Virus record (IMG/VR): IMGVR_UViG_3300032225_000030
Span: 1-31,252 of that record
DNA: 31,252 nucleotides
Strand: one strand, 5' to 3'
Source of the DNA: a virus
Taxonomy: Duplodnaviria > Caudoviricetes
Of the stretch, positions 17,087-26,141 are shown piece after piece; the stretch's first letter is position 1; every line of letters begins with the position of its first letter. Both the position numbers and the translations under genes were made by a program. Under the pieces are notes generated by a model, which ran no database searches, was not told the DNA's origin, and was given only the letters and a program-made list of their open reading frames with translations.

Positions 17087-17556
17087 ACTTAACCAAAAAC
17101 TTCACCCTTGAAGAACTGACTAAGAGCGAGACTGCTCTACGTCAGAACATTGACAACACTCCTGATGCCACAGTAACGGCAAACCTCACGTTGTTGGCTG
17201 AGAAAGTATTGCAACCTGTTCGTGAGTACTACGGCAAGGGTGTTAAGGTGAACTCAGGTTATCGTTCACTGGCAGTTAATGCTGCGGTTGGTGGTGTGCA
17301 AGGTGCTAAGCCTTCTGACCATACTCGTGGCATGGCAGCAGATATTGAAATTCCGGGTGTACCAAACCATGAACTGGCTGAGTGGATTGCGGCAAACATG
17401 TCGTTCACCCAAGTCATTCTTGAGTTCTACACCCGTGGCGTTCCTGACAGTGGTTGGGTGCATGTATCGTATGACCCATCGGACTTGAAGAAACAAACTC
17501 TAACGGCTGTGAAAGAGAACGGCAAGACTGTGTACTTGCCCGGACTCCACGCTTAA
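17083..17556 (+). CDS. Endolysin, peptidase M15A (Zn D-Ala-D-Ala peptidase fold)
   Basis: LTKNFTLEEL, SGYRS..VN.AVGG, SDH..GMAADI, WVHVS zinc-ligand motifs. Confidence 0.9.
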   Translation: MNLTKNFTLEELTKSETALRQNIDNTPDATVTANLTLLAEKVLQPVREYYGKGVKVNSGYRSLAVNAAVGGVQGAKPSDHTRGMAADIEIPGVPNHELAEWIAANMSFTQVILEFYTRGVPDSGWVHVSYDPSDLKKQTLTAVKENGKTVYLPGLHA

Positions 17557-17566
17557 AGGTGCATAA

Positions 17567-20185
17567 ATGGCAGCGGTAAAACTTGTCAAGTTCTTAGGCG
17601 AAGCACCTAAGATTTCTCCTGAGTTGCTGCCAGATGCGGCAGGACAGCTTGCGTTTAACGTCAAGTTGTACTCAGGTGATTTGATTCCTTACCGCCAGCC
17701 GTTGCTAGTAGATAATGTCGGTAGGACAGGCACAATCAAAACTCTGTATGGGCTGCATGACCCTGTTACCGATGATTTAAAGTACCTTACATGGGCTACT
17801 GATGTAGACATAGTAACCCCATCCGATTCAGTGGATGAGGAACAACGCTTTTACTACACAGGTGATGGTGTACCTAAGGTAAGTACCTATGCACTAGCTA
17901 CTGCTACGGGTGAACCCTACCCCAATAACTACTATGAACTTGGTTTGCCTTTACCGGAAACCAAGCTAACCACCACGGCAACTTCGTTTACTGCTTCAAC
18001 TACTGCATCGTATGCCCGTGACGCAGGTAATACTGGAACAATTATTACGGGCACTGCACACGGTTTAAAGACTGGCAACATCGTTACAGTAAGTGGACTA
18101 CCTACTGCAACCTCTAGTGTTGCTACGTTTAACGTGACCAATGCTGAGGTAACTGTAGTTAATACCACTACCTTCACTTATTACAGCCCCGGTGAGATTG
18201 TTACTACAACTGCAAGTGCCGCAGGTAAGGTGTCTCTTGCTGGTAATACTGTGCCACGTTCATATGTATATACATGGTATACACCGTGGAAAGAAGAATC
18301 CATTGCGTCTGAACCATCTGAGAACTTATATATCAAGGAAGGTCAGACTGTTACTGTTACCAATATCCCAACGGCTAAACCTGCTGGAAGTAACTTTATT
18401 GCGGGTGTAAAACTCTATCGCACACTAGCTTCTTCTGGTGGTACTGAGTATTACAATCTTGGCACTCTATGGTTTCCTATTACACTGGCTAAGGTTAAAC
18501 GCCTTGCTAACGTAGTTACTGTGACCACTGCGTCGCACCATAACCTAGCCATTGATGACCGAGTCAAAATCAGTGGTTGCACTGACTCTACATTCAACGT
18601 CACTAATGGCGTAGTGCTAGATGTCATTGACCACATGTCTTTTACCTTTGCTCAGGTTGCAAGTGATGTAGCTTTAAAAGTTGAGACTGGCGGTACGTTG
18701 TATCACGATGTTGCTGAGACTATTGATAAGACAGCACGTTATTGGGGTGATGGCGGTTACTCATTTACGGATGACTTTGATTACCGCAACCTAACTAACA
18801 TCCTGATTACCGATGAGTATGATGCACCTCCTGCTGACTTGCAGGGTTTGACGTCTGTACAGAACAACATCTTAATTGGCTTCACAGGGAATACCCTATA
18901 TTTTTCTGAGCCGGGTAAGCCTTGGGCTTGGCCTGTTAAGTACGCTCTAACATTCCCATATAACATTGTGGGTGTTGCATCAGTCGGTGGTTACATTCTT
19001 GTAATGACGACAAACTACCCATATCAAGTTTCAGGTAATAACCCTGCGACTATGGCGTTTGCCCGCATCGACACTCTATACCCTTGTGTTTCCAAGCGGT
19101 CTATTGTTAATATGGGTTATGGCGTAGCGTACGCTACCTACGGCGGTATCGCTGTGTACAGTCCTTCCGCTGGTATGGACTTGATTACTAAATTTGTCCA
19201 TGATTGGGATACTTGGGATGGCACACTTGACCCAGATACTCTTGCTGGTAAGTTCTTTAATGGTAAGTACTTCGGTTCACATTCCACTAACTCGTTCATG
19301 TTTGAACGTGAAGACCGCATTGGCGGCTTCTTTGTCAGTATCAACTACACATGGAACGCCGCATGGTATGACTCTAAGACAAACAACTTCTACTATATTG
19401 CCGATAGTTTAGGTAACCTATACCAGTGGGATGCGGCTACCCAGTCTCTTGGTGCTATGGAGTGGAAGTCTAAAGTCATTGTGACTAAAGACTATTTGAA
19501 CATTGGTGCAGCCCGTGTGATTGCTGACTATGCAACGTCTGATGCCGAGGCTGAAGCAATTGCCGCTTATAACGCTGGCGTGCCAGCCTATAACGCTCAG
19601 GTTTGGACAGACTATTCAACTCCTATACAGACTGCGTCTTATGCCCGTGCCTCTAACGTGGCTACCCTTGTGACTGCTACTGCGCATGGGTTAGTCACTG
19701 GTTCTCGTGTAGATATATCTGGTTTTGTAGGGGGTACAGCATCGACATTCAACGCACAACAAGTTGTCATAACTGTTGTAAATACCACGACGTTTACTTA
19801 TGCAAGCGTAGGTTCAACAGTTACAACTACGGCTGATACCACAGGTACAGTCATATGCCTAAAAGGCCTTGGCACTTTGTGTGGGCCATTTGACCGTACA
19901 ACAAGTTTGGGTATCCGCATCGAAAACTCCGGTACGTTTAACTCCACCATGTTCAATGCCGATAACCTCACCCGTACTAAGAAGGCAGTGGTTGGTACTC
20001 TCCCAATTACCTTCCGTATATGGGCAAACAAACAACTGGTGTTCCAAGGTACTGTGTCGGATAGCAACATTTTCCGACTCCCCTCTGGCTATCGCACTGA
20101 CACTTTTGAGGTGGCTGTCTCTGGTTCTGCTAGGGTACGTGCTATCCACATTGGTGAAACCCCTTATGGATTGAGGACTGCGTAA
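17567..20185 (+). CDS. Tail nozzle / tail-tubular-B-like protein with three inserted beta-barrel domains
   Basis: 872 aa; LYFSEP..P.AWP, CVSKRSIV, WKSK, FRLPSGYR motifs of podoviral propeller nozzle; three T..HGL..G..V.ISG inserts. Confidence 0.72.
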   Translation: MAAVKLVKFLGEAPKISPELLPDAAGQLAFNVKLYSGDLIPYRQPLLVDNVGRTGTIKTLYGLHDPVTDDLKYLTWATDVDIVTPSDSVDEEQRFYYTGDGVPKVSTYALATATGEPYPNNYYELGLPLPETKLTTTATSFTASTTASYARDAGNTGTIITGTAHGLKTGNIVTVSGLPTATSSVATFNVTNAEVTVVNTTTFTYYSPGEIVTTTASAAGKVSLAGNTVPRSYVYTWYTPWKEESIASEPSENLYIKEGQTVTVTNIPTAKPAGSNFIAGVKLYRTLASSGGTEYYNLGTLWFPITLAKVKRLANVVTVTTASHHNLAIDDRVKISGCTDSTFNVTNGVVLDVIDHMSFTFAQVASDVALKVETGGTLYHDVAETIDKTARYWGDGGYSFTDDFDYRNLTNILITDEYDAPPADLQGLTSVQNNILIGFTGNTLYFSEPGKPWAWPVKYALTFPYNIVGVASVGGYILVMTTNYPYQVSGNNPATMAFARIDTLYPCVSKRSIVNMGYGVAYATYGGIAVYSPSAGMDLITKFVHDWDTWDGTLDPDTLAGKFFNGKYFGSHSTNSFMFEREDRIGGFFVSINYTWNAAWYDSKTNNFYYIADSLGNLYQWDAATQSLGAMEWKSKVIVTKDYLNIGAARVIADYATSDAEAEAIAAYNAGVPAYNAQVWTDYSTPIQTASYARASNVATLVTATAHGLVTGSRVDISGFVGGTASTFNAQQVVITVVNTTTFTYASVGSTVTTTADTTGTVICLKGLGTLCGPFDRTTSLGIRIENSGTFNSTMFNADNLTRTKKAVVGTLPITFRIWANKQLVFQGTVSDSNIFRLPSGYRTDTFEVAVSGSARVRAIHIGETPYGLRTA

Positions 20186-20532
20186 TGGCACGCTTCACTG
20201 CTATCCCTTCTATACCATCAGGTACAGTTACAGACTGGCAGGTCTCATTGCTAAATGCAATGAAGGAAGACATTGAACTCTTATGCGGCATACGTGGTGA
20301 GGCAGACACACAAAGTCAAGCTGTTACCAAAGGTGATGTCCGCGTAAATTCTGTATCAAGTCCAGTATTTTCTCGTGTGTCCGCAACAGGTAACGGGTAT
20401 ACTATTAGCGGGCAACGAGTACCAGATTTAGACGACTATGGCAAGTTAATCACGGATGTCCAATTGCTTGCTAATGACGTCGCAACCTTACGGACAACCG
20501 TTAACGTACTCATTGCACAATTGAAAGGATAA
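20185..20532 (+). CDS. Small tail protein with C-terminal coiled coil (needle/plug candidate)
   Basis: TAATG coupled to nozzle; C-terminal heptads LANDVATLRTTVNVLIAQLK. Confidence 0.55.
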   Translation: MARFTAIPSIPSGTVTDWQVSLLNAMKEDIELLCGIRGEADTQSQAVTKGDVRVNSVSSPVFSRVSATGNGYTISGQRVPDLDDYGKLITDVQLLANDVATLRTTVNVLIAQLKG

Positions 20533-20535
20533 AAA

Positions 20536-21528
20536 ATGCCTGCACCAACCATAGCTCAACAACGCCCGATGTCAGTACCCCAACCGGGTATGCCACAGCC
20601 TACAGGGCCTGCGGCGGTTAATCTTAGCCAAGTTCCTGCACCTCAAATGCAACCTCCGCCTGCTGCGGGGATTGGTTCATTCCGTGCTGAACTTCCTGCG
20701 CCTACAACTTCTTTGGATTTGCCACAATCGTTGCAAGGTTTGCTAGGGTCTAATACTCCACAGACTACAGTGAATGAGCAAACTATCTCCTCTAACACGG
20801 AACTTGCTGGGGGTACAAATGCCACAAACCCTCAAGCCGCTACATTGGATTTCCGTATGCAACCTACGTATGCTCAAGGCGGTATGGTAGGGCAGAACGG
20901 TATGCCAGTTCAACCTGCTGGTATGCGTGCTTCGGGTGGCCCTCAACAGCGTATGTCTCCACAGATGTTGGAGATGCACCTTCAAGATTTCATGCGTAAG
21001 CAACCGCAACAAGTGCAACAGATTCAAAAAGCCATTATGGCTGGTCTTCAGACAGGTGAGATTACTCAGGAAGAACTGAACAAAGCTGGTCAGTTGGCTA
21101 TGACTGCTTTGCAAAATCCTGATATGTATCCATACATCCGCAACTTTGCTATCCAGCAAGGTATGGCAACTGAGCAAGACTTGTCTCCTCAGTACGATGA
21201 AGGTCTTATCTTTGTTTTGATTCTTGCCATTCGTGCTGCCGAAGCTGGTGGCTTATCAATGGGTGGTGGCGGTGCTCCTATGGGCGGCGCAGGTGCTACA
21301 CCTCCTCCTATGTCTAACAACCCTGTAATGGGTATGGCTGGTGGCGGTATGGTTCAAGTAGGCTCTAACGCTAAGAACGGCGGTGCTGTACATGGCCCGG
21401 GTACTGGCACAAGCGATAGCATCCCAATTCGTGTGTCCCACGGTGAGTATGTGATTCCTGCTCATGTGGTACAGATGAAAGGTAAAGAGTTCTTTGATTC
21501 ACTCTTACAGAAATACCAAAAAGCATGA
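20536..21528 (+). CDS. Pro/Gln/Met-rich internal virion protein with GGAVHGPGTGTSDSI...GEYVIP domain
   Basis: Disordered N-terminus; YAQGGMV and MAGGGMV motifs; C-terminal motif recalled from tape-measure and internal proteins. Confidence 0.6.
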   Translation: MPAPTIAQQRPMSVPQPGMPQPTGPAAVNLSQVPAPQMQPPPAAGIGSFRAELPAPTTSLDLPQSLQGLLGSNTPQTTVNEQTISSNTELAGGTNATNPQAATLDFRMQPTYAQGGMVGQNGMPVQPAGMRASGGPQQRMSPQMLEMHLQDFMRKQPQQVQQIQKAIMAGLQTGEITQEELNKAGQLAMTALQNPDMYPYIRNFAIQQGMATEQDLSPQYDEGLIFVLILAIRAAEAGGLSMGGGGAPMGGAGATPPPMSNNPVMGMAGGGMVQVGSNAKNGGAVHGPGTGTSDSIPIRVSHGEYVIPAHVVQMKGKEFFDSLLQKYQKA

Positions 21529-22013
21529 GCGATTTGCCAGCAGGGTATGACCCATTACCGCTCAGTGACTTTGAGCCTTTGCTCCTTTCAACCAAGGAGC
21601 ATTTTGACTTGTACTGGCACGCAACTAAACCTTTGCTTGAGAAATGTGTAAAGCGTGCAATGCACGGTGAGATGTCTATTGATGACATACACAGTGCTGC
21701 ACTAGCTGGCAAGATGTATATCTTTGTTGTAAAGTGTGATAAAACAATTACTAAGAGTGTGAAGTTAGCCTTAGTACTAGAGGTAGTGCAATACCCTAAA
21801 CTGGCAGCGATGAACATTGTTGCGCTAGGGGGTAATGACCTCGATGCCTTACATGCAAAGTATTGGAAGATGCTTTGTGGTTGGGCATACATGAATAGTG
21901 TCCGAGTCATTGAGGGATGGGTATCCCCAGCAATGGAGCGGGTGATTTCTCAATATGGATTTAAGCCTGTGTATACACACATGCGATTTGAATTAACGGA
22001 GGCTATGCAATGA
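21525..22013 (+). CDS. GNAT-fold-like virion assembly protein
   Basis: LEVVQYP...NIVALGG...WA...V..IEG......R.....GF pattern; position before first ejection protein, as for T7 gp13. Confidence 0.55.
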   Translation: MSDLPAGYDPLPLSDFEPLLLSTKEHFDLYWHATKPLLEKCVKRAMHGEMSIDDIHSAALAGKMYIFVVKCDKTITKSVKLALVLEVVQYPKLAAMNIVALGGNDLDALHAKYWKMLCGWAYMNSVRVIEGWVSPAMERVISQYGFKPVYTHMRFELTEAMQ

Positions 22014-23641
22014 ACTCAACTAAATATATTCGTATGCCCACCAGCAAACAAATGCTGATGATGGGTATCCCTGAACTACCAGAAGCGGCGTTTGGTGGAG
22101 ATACTCCACCAATGCAACGTAGAGCACTTGTCCAAGCAATGGGTATTAGACCTCAAGGCGGTGGCGGTGGCGGCTTAATGGCTGTTGTTGCTGTTGTCGC
22201 TGCGGTGGCTATTCCGTTTGCTGCTCCTGCGATTGCTGCATCTATTGGTATGTCGGGTGCGATTGCTGCTTCGGCGGCAGCGGCAGGATTGACTGCGGCT
22301 ACGGCTGCAACCGTTGGTTCAGTTGTTGGTTCAGCCATTGTTGGTGCTGGTCTAGGTGCAGTAAGTGCTGCGGTAACTGGCGGCAACGTCGGTCGTGGCG
22401 CACTGATGGGTGGTTTTGGTGGCGGCGTATCAGGCTACTTTGCTGCTCCTGATATTGCATCTACTGCTGGCGGTATGCCAACCGCAACTACTCCGGGTTC
22501 TCCTAATTATGTCGGCCCAGTTCAAACTCCTACTACCACAATGGGCGTTGCTACATTGCCTGACGGTACTGCGGCAGTTGCAACATTTGACCAAGCTACA
22601 GGTACTTACCTAACTGCTAGTGGTCAGGCAGTTCCTTCTTCTTCGATTGCTTATGGCGGTCAAGTTGATAGCCAACTCGCAGCACAACTCAGTTCTGCAA
22701 ACAATGTACAAGGTGCAGCCGATGCTATTCAATCATCTGGTACTTTGTCTGTAAACACTCCTACTGCAATGGGCGGTAACGCAGCTAACCTTGCAACGAC
22801 TAACTACTACAACGCAGGTCTGGACACTACGACTGCTGGTGCTGCTGGTGCTTCTCCTGCTTACGCACAGTCAGGTCAGGCTGTAAGTTCTGTTGCTGAG
22901 AACCAAGCGGCAATCCAAGCCGCAGCTAATCCTGCTACTGCTTCCAATGTGGCATCTCCTAAACCTGCTGGTGCTGCTGGCGGTACTACTGCTGCTGGTG
23001 GTACTAATGCTCCAGTTACATTATCTGAAGCACTCAAGGCTAAGTTTACTGACCCAAAAAACCAAGCGGATATGATTCTTCGTGCGGCTGGTCAGTTGGC
23101 TGGTTCTGCTATTGCAGGTGACGGCTTGTCTCCTGAGGAAAAACAATTGCTTGCTCAACAGAAAGCTGAGTTGGAGCAGTTGAAAGCAACTAACCAAGAC
23201 TTGTTTAACCAACGTGTTCAAGGCGCTCAAGACCTGATAGGTGAGTCTCGTTACTTTGACCCAAGCTACTTCGGCTTGCAGTCTGCACGTAATGTGATGA
23301 ACCAAGGTGCTCGTGCTAAGCAACAAGCTCTCCGTGATATTGGCCCGAACCGTGCAGGCTTGCGTGCTTCTGAAGCTCGCCGCTTTGACCTTGGTATTGG
23401 TACAGGTTCACAGACTGCTTACATGCAAGGCGCTGATAATGCTGAGCAAAATAAGATTCGTCTACAAACTGCTGGTCTTAGCGCATTGCCTACTACTGCT
23501 CCTGCTGGTGCATTGCAGTATGGTAACTACCTTGGCTCGCTCTACGATGCTGCGGATAAACGTCGTCGTCAAACCGCTTCGGATGTTGGCTCGTTATTTG
23601 GCTCATTCACAGGCGCTTCTAGTTCACGTTCTACTGGTTAA
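22010..23641 (+). CDS. Ejection (DNA-transfer) protein with leader, Gly6 run and long hydrophobic Ala/Gly segment
   Basis: 49-aa leader, GGGGGG, then ~90-aa hydrophobic Ala/Gly/Val stretch; helical C-terminus; follows GNAT-like gene. Confidence 0.65.
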   Translation: MNSTKYIRMPTSKQMLMMGIPELPEAAFGGDTPPMQRRALVQAMGIRPQGGGGGGLMAVVAVVAAVAIPFAAPAIAASIGMSGAIAASAAAAGLTAATAATVGSVVGSAIVGAGLGAVSAAVTGGNVGRGALMGGFGGGVSGYFAAPDIASTAGGMPTATTPGSPNYVGPVQTPTTTMGVATLPDGTAAVATFDQATGTYLTASGQAVPSSSIAYGGQVDSQLAAQLSSANNVQGAADAIQSSGTLSVNTPTAMGGNAANLATTNYYNAGLDTTTAGAAGASPAYAQSGQAVSSVAENQAAIQAAANPATASNVASPKPAGAAGGTTAAGGTNAPVTLSEALKAKFTDPKNQADMILRAAGQLAGSAIAGDGLSPEEKQLLAQQKAELEQLKATNQDLFNQRVQGAQDLIGESRYFDPSYFGLQSARNVMNQGARAKQQALRDIGPNRAGLRASEARRFDLGIGTGSQTAYMQGADNAEQNKIRLQTAGLSALPTTAPAGALQYGNYLGSLYDAADKRRRQTASDVGSLFGSFTGASSSRSTG

Positions 23642-23652
23642 GGAGTACCATT

Positions 23653-26133
23653 ATGGCGCTTAGCTTTGGTCAACTTGTAGGTGGAATGGGGATTGTTGCT
23701 AATTCCCAGCGTGAAGCTGAGGCTGCTGAACAGCAGAATCGGCTGAGTCTTCTACGAGTACAAGAACAAAATCGGCTTGAGAATGAGCGTGCGCAACAAG
23801 CTCCTATCACTGCTGACTACATCAACAACTTAAACTTCACTACCCCACAAACTGGTAACGTGATGTATGGTGAGGGGGTTCGTCAAATCCCCGTAGAAAA
23901 ACCTGCGGTTGTAGAACAACCACAGCAAGCACCTGTAGCCCCCGCACCTCAAGTACGTCCCGGACTGATTACAGTTCCTAAGGCTAGTGCAGTAACACCT
24001 CAAGCACAGACTGAGTTCAACCAGTCTGTTGCTATTCAGCCTGCTAAGGTTGAGCCATTCAAACCCGGCGTTGCTGTGTTTGCTGGTAAAAACTTTGACT
24101 TCTTGCGTGATGGTGCAACTCTTGTTAATCCTCTGCTGAACTCTCAAGGTCAGATGAACGAGCAAGCGTACACCGCTACTCGTGACGCATTGGCTAAGTC
24201 TATGCAAGATGCAAAGACAAAGATGCAAGCCGCAGGCCCATTTGCTGGTAACGAAGAACTGTTCTATTACAAGAATCAACTCGACTACCTCAACACCACT
24301 TACAACGCATTAAAGAGACAAGGCAAAGTTGTTGCTGCGACTGCACCTGCGGCGCAACAAGCGCCTGCACCTCTTGATAAGCGTGTGGCTGTAGATAGTC
24401 TCGGTGGTTATCAGTTGCCAAGCAATCAGCTTAAGCGTCTAAATAATCTGCAAGACTCCATGCCAACTCAGTTGCAAGCACCTGCTACACAAGCATTGGT
24501 TAAGCGAGCACAAGAGATGGGTGTTGACCCAGCCGCTGCTGTGGCTGTGTATGCGCTTGAGAATAACTATGGCGGTCAAAAGACCAGCGGCGCTGGTGCA
24601 GTAGGTTCAATGCAAGTAATGCCCGGCACTTATGCCGATGTACGCAGAATCTTTACTGACCCCAAATCAAACGTACCGCCTCAGTTACAACAGTTGGCTG
24701 CATCTTTGCCAACGGACATGACTAAGGCTACACCAGAGCAGTTGCGAGATGCTGGTCTGATGTACATGTACTACCTACAGAACGACAAGAAGATTCCTAC
24801 AAATATGTTGGGTGCTGCGTATCATGCTGGCCCTAACCGTGAAGACTTTGCTAAGGGTCTCGTTCCGAACGTCTACGACAAGACTGCTAAGACTTGGACG
24901 CCTGACTACAACGCCATGTATGTGTCGCTGTACAACAACTACATGCAGTTGAATGGTCAGACTCAGGCTTTAAATCAACCTCAAGTTGCTGCTGGTAAAG
25001 GTACTCTGACTCATGATGGCTTACCTGCTGTGCAAAATGCAAATGGGTCTTACTCCACAGAAATATCTATTACCGTAACCGACCCCCGACTAAACGGTGG
25101 CAAACCAACTAATATCCCATCTCTATGGGGAGGGAAAGTCGTTCCTGAAAACCAAGCAGTACAAAACGCTCTTGCTTCTGGAAAAACCTATCAGTCGTTT
25201 GATACTATTGACTCGGCTGTTGCGGCAGCAAAAGCACGCTCCAACGCTGGCGGGGCAGGCTCTGATAAAGCAGGTGTACGCACGGATATTGCGGCTACTA
25301 AAGATATTGGTCAGCCCATTATCCGTATGCCTGAAGCTGGCACTATTGACCCTAACAAATACGATGCCTACACACAGCAAGCCTTGGTTGACCGTGAGTT
25401 CGTCAAACGTCTAGCACTTGTGTCTGCACAAACTGGTAACCCTGCCAAAGCTATTGAGTTGGCTGGTCGTGTTCGCTCTATGGACATGGACTTGTATCGC
25501 ATGGCTGGTGAACGTGGCGTTGCTGAGTTCACTCGTTACAACGACCCAACCCGCATGATTGGTGTATGGAGTAAGTTCACTGGACAACAACTTCAAACTC
25601 AACCACGTAGTGATGGTAAGTGGGACTTGTATGCCAATGGCAAAATGCTAGGTGAAGGTCTAACTCGTGACGACTTGATGAGTGCGGCTCAAGAAGATAT
25701 GAGCGCCAAGTATCGTGAAGGTAAGGCTACGCTTAAAGAGTTTGTCTTTAAAGAGCAGTTCAAAACTCATATGGCTATCACTCAGGAATCTGCTAAACAG
25801 CAAGGTCAAATCTTTGTTGACACCAATAAGATTAACCGTGAGATGGTCAGCAAGATTTACACTGACATCAATAAGGGTAATGTCAACATGGCGGAAGAAG
25901 CCTTTAAAGCAGCCACCAACGTGGATGTTAAGATTTCTCCTGCTGGTGAGAACATGGCTATTGTGTCTTCCAAAGATGGTCGTAACATTGGGGTACTTGA
26001 TTTCCGCACTGGTCAGTTCCAAACTATGCCCGGCGGTGAGAAGATTGAGCAAGCACCAAACATCAAATATCTATCACAAGGTATGCCTGTTGCTAATCGC
26101 CCTGTTTGGGGCGGCGTACAAGTACCACAATGA
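23653..26133 (+). CDS. Ejection protein with lytic transglycosylase (SLT) domain
   Basis: Catalytic Glu in AVYALENNYG (24559), GAVGSMQVMPGT (24595-24630), AAYHAGP (24814-24834); AAGGAG RBS. Confidence 0.8.
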   Translation: MALSFGQLVGGMGIVANSQREAEAAEQQNRLSLLRVQEQNRLENERAQQAPITADYINNLNFTTPQTGNVMYGEGVRQIPVEKPAVVEQPQQAPVAPAPQVRPGLITVPKASAVTPQAQTEFNQSVAIQPAKVEPFKPGVAVFAGKNFDFLRDGATLVNPLLNSQGQMNEQAYTATRDALAKSMQDAKTKMQAAGPFAGNEELFYYKNQLDYLNTTYNALKRQGKVVAATAPAAQQAPAPLDKRVAVDSLGGYQLPSNQLKRLNNLQDSMPTQLQAPATQALVKRAQEMGVDPAAAVAVYALENNYGGQKTSGAGAVGSMQVMPGTYADVRRIFTDPKSNVPPQLQQLAASLPTDMTKATPEQLRDAGLMYMYYLQNDKKIPTNMLGAAYHAGPNREDFAKGLVPNVYDKTAKTWTPDYNAMYVSLYNNYMQLNGQTQALNQPQVAAGKGTLTHDGLPAVQNANGSYSTEISITVTDPRLNGGKPTNIPSLWGGKVVPENQAVQNALASGKTYQSFDTIDSAVAAAKARSNAGGAGSDKAGVRTDIAATKDIGQPIIRMPEAGTIDPNKYDAYTQQALVDREFVKRLALVSAQTGNPAKAIELAGRVRSMDMDLYRMAGERGVAEFTRYNDPTRMIGVWSKFTGQQLQTQPRSDGKWDLYANGKMLGEGLTRDDLMSAAQEDMSAKYREGKATLKEFVFKEQFKTHMAITQESAKQQGQIFVDTNKINREMVSKIYTDINKGNVNMAEEAFKAATNVDVKISPAGENMAIVSSKDGRNIGVLDFRTGQFQTMPGGEKIEQAPNIKYLSQGMPVANRPVWGGVQVPQ

Positions 26134-26141
26134 GGTAATTT

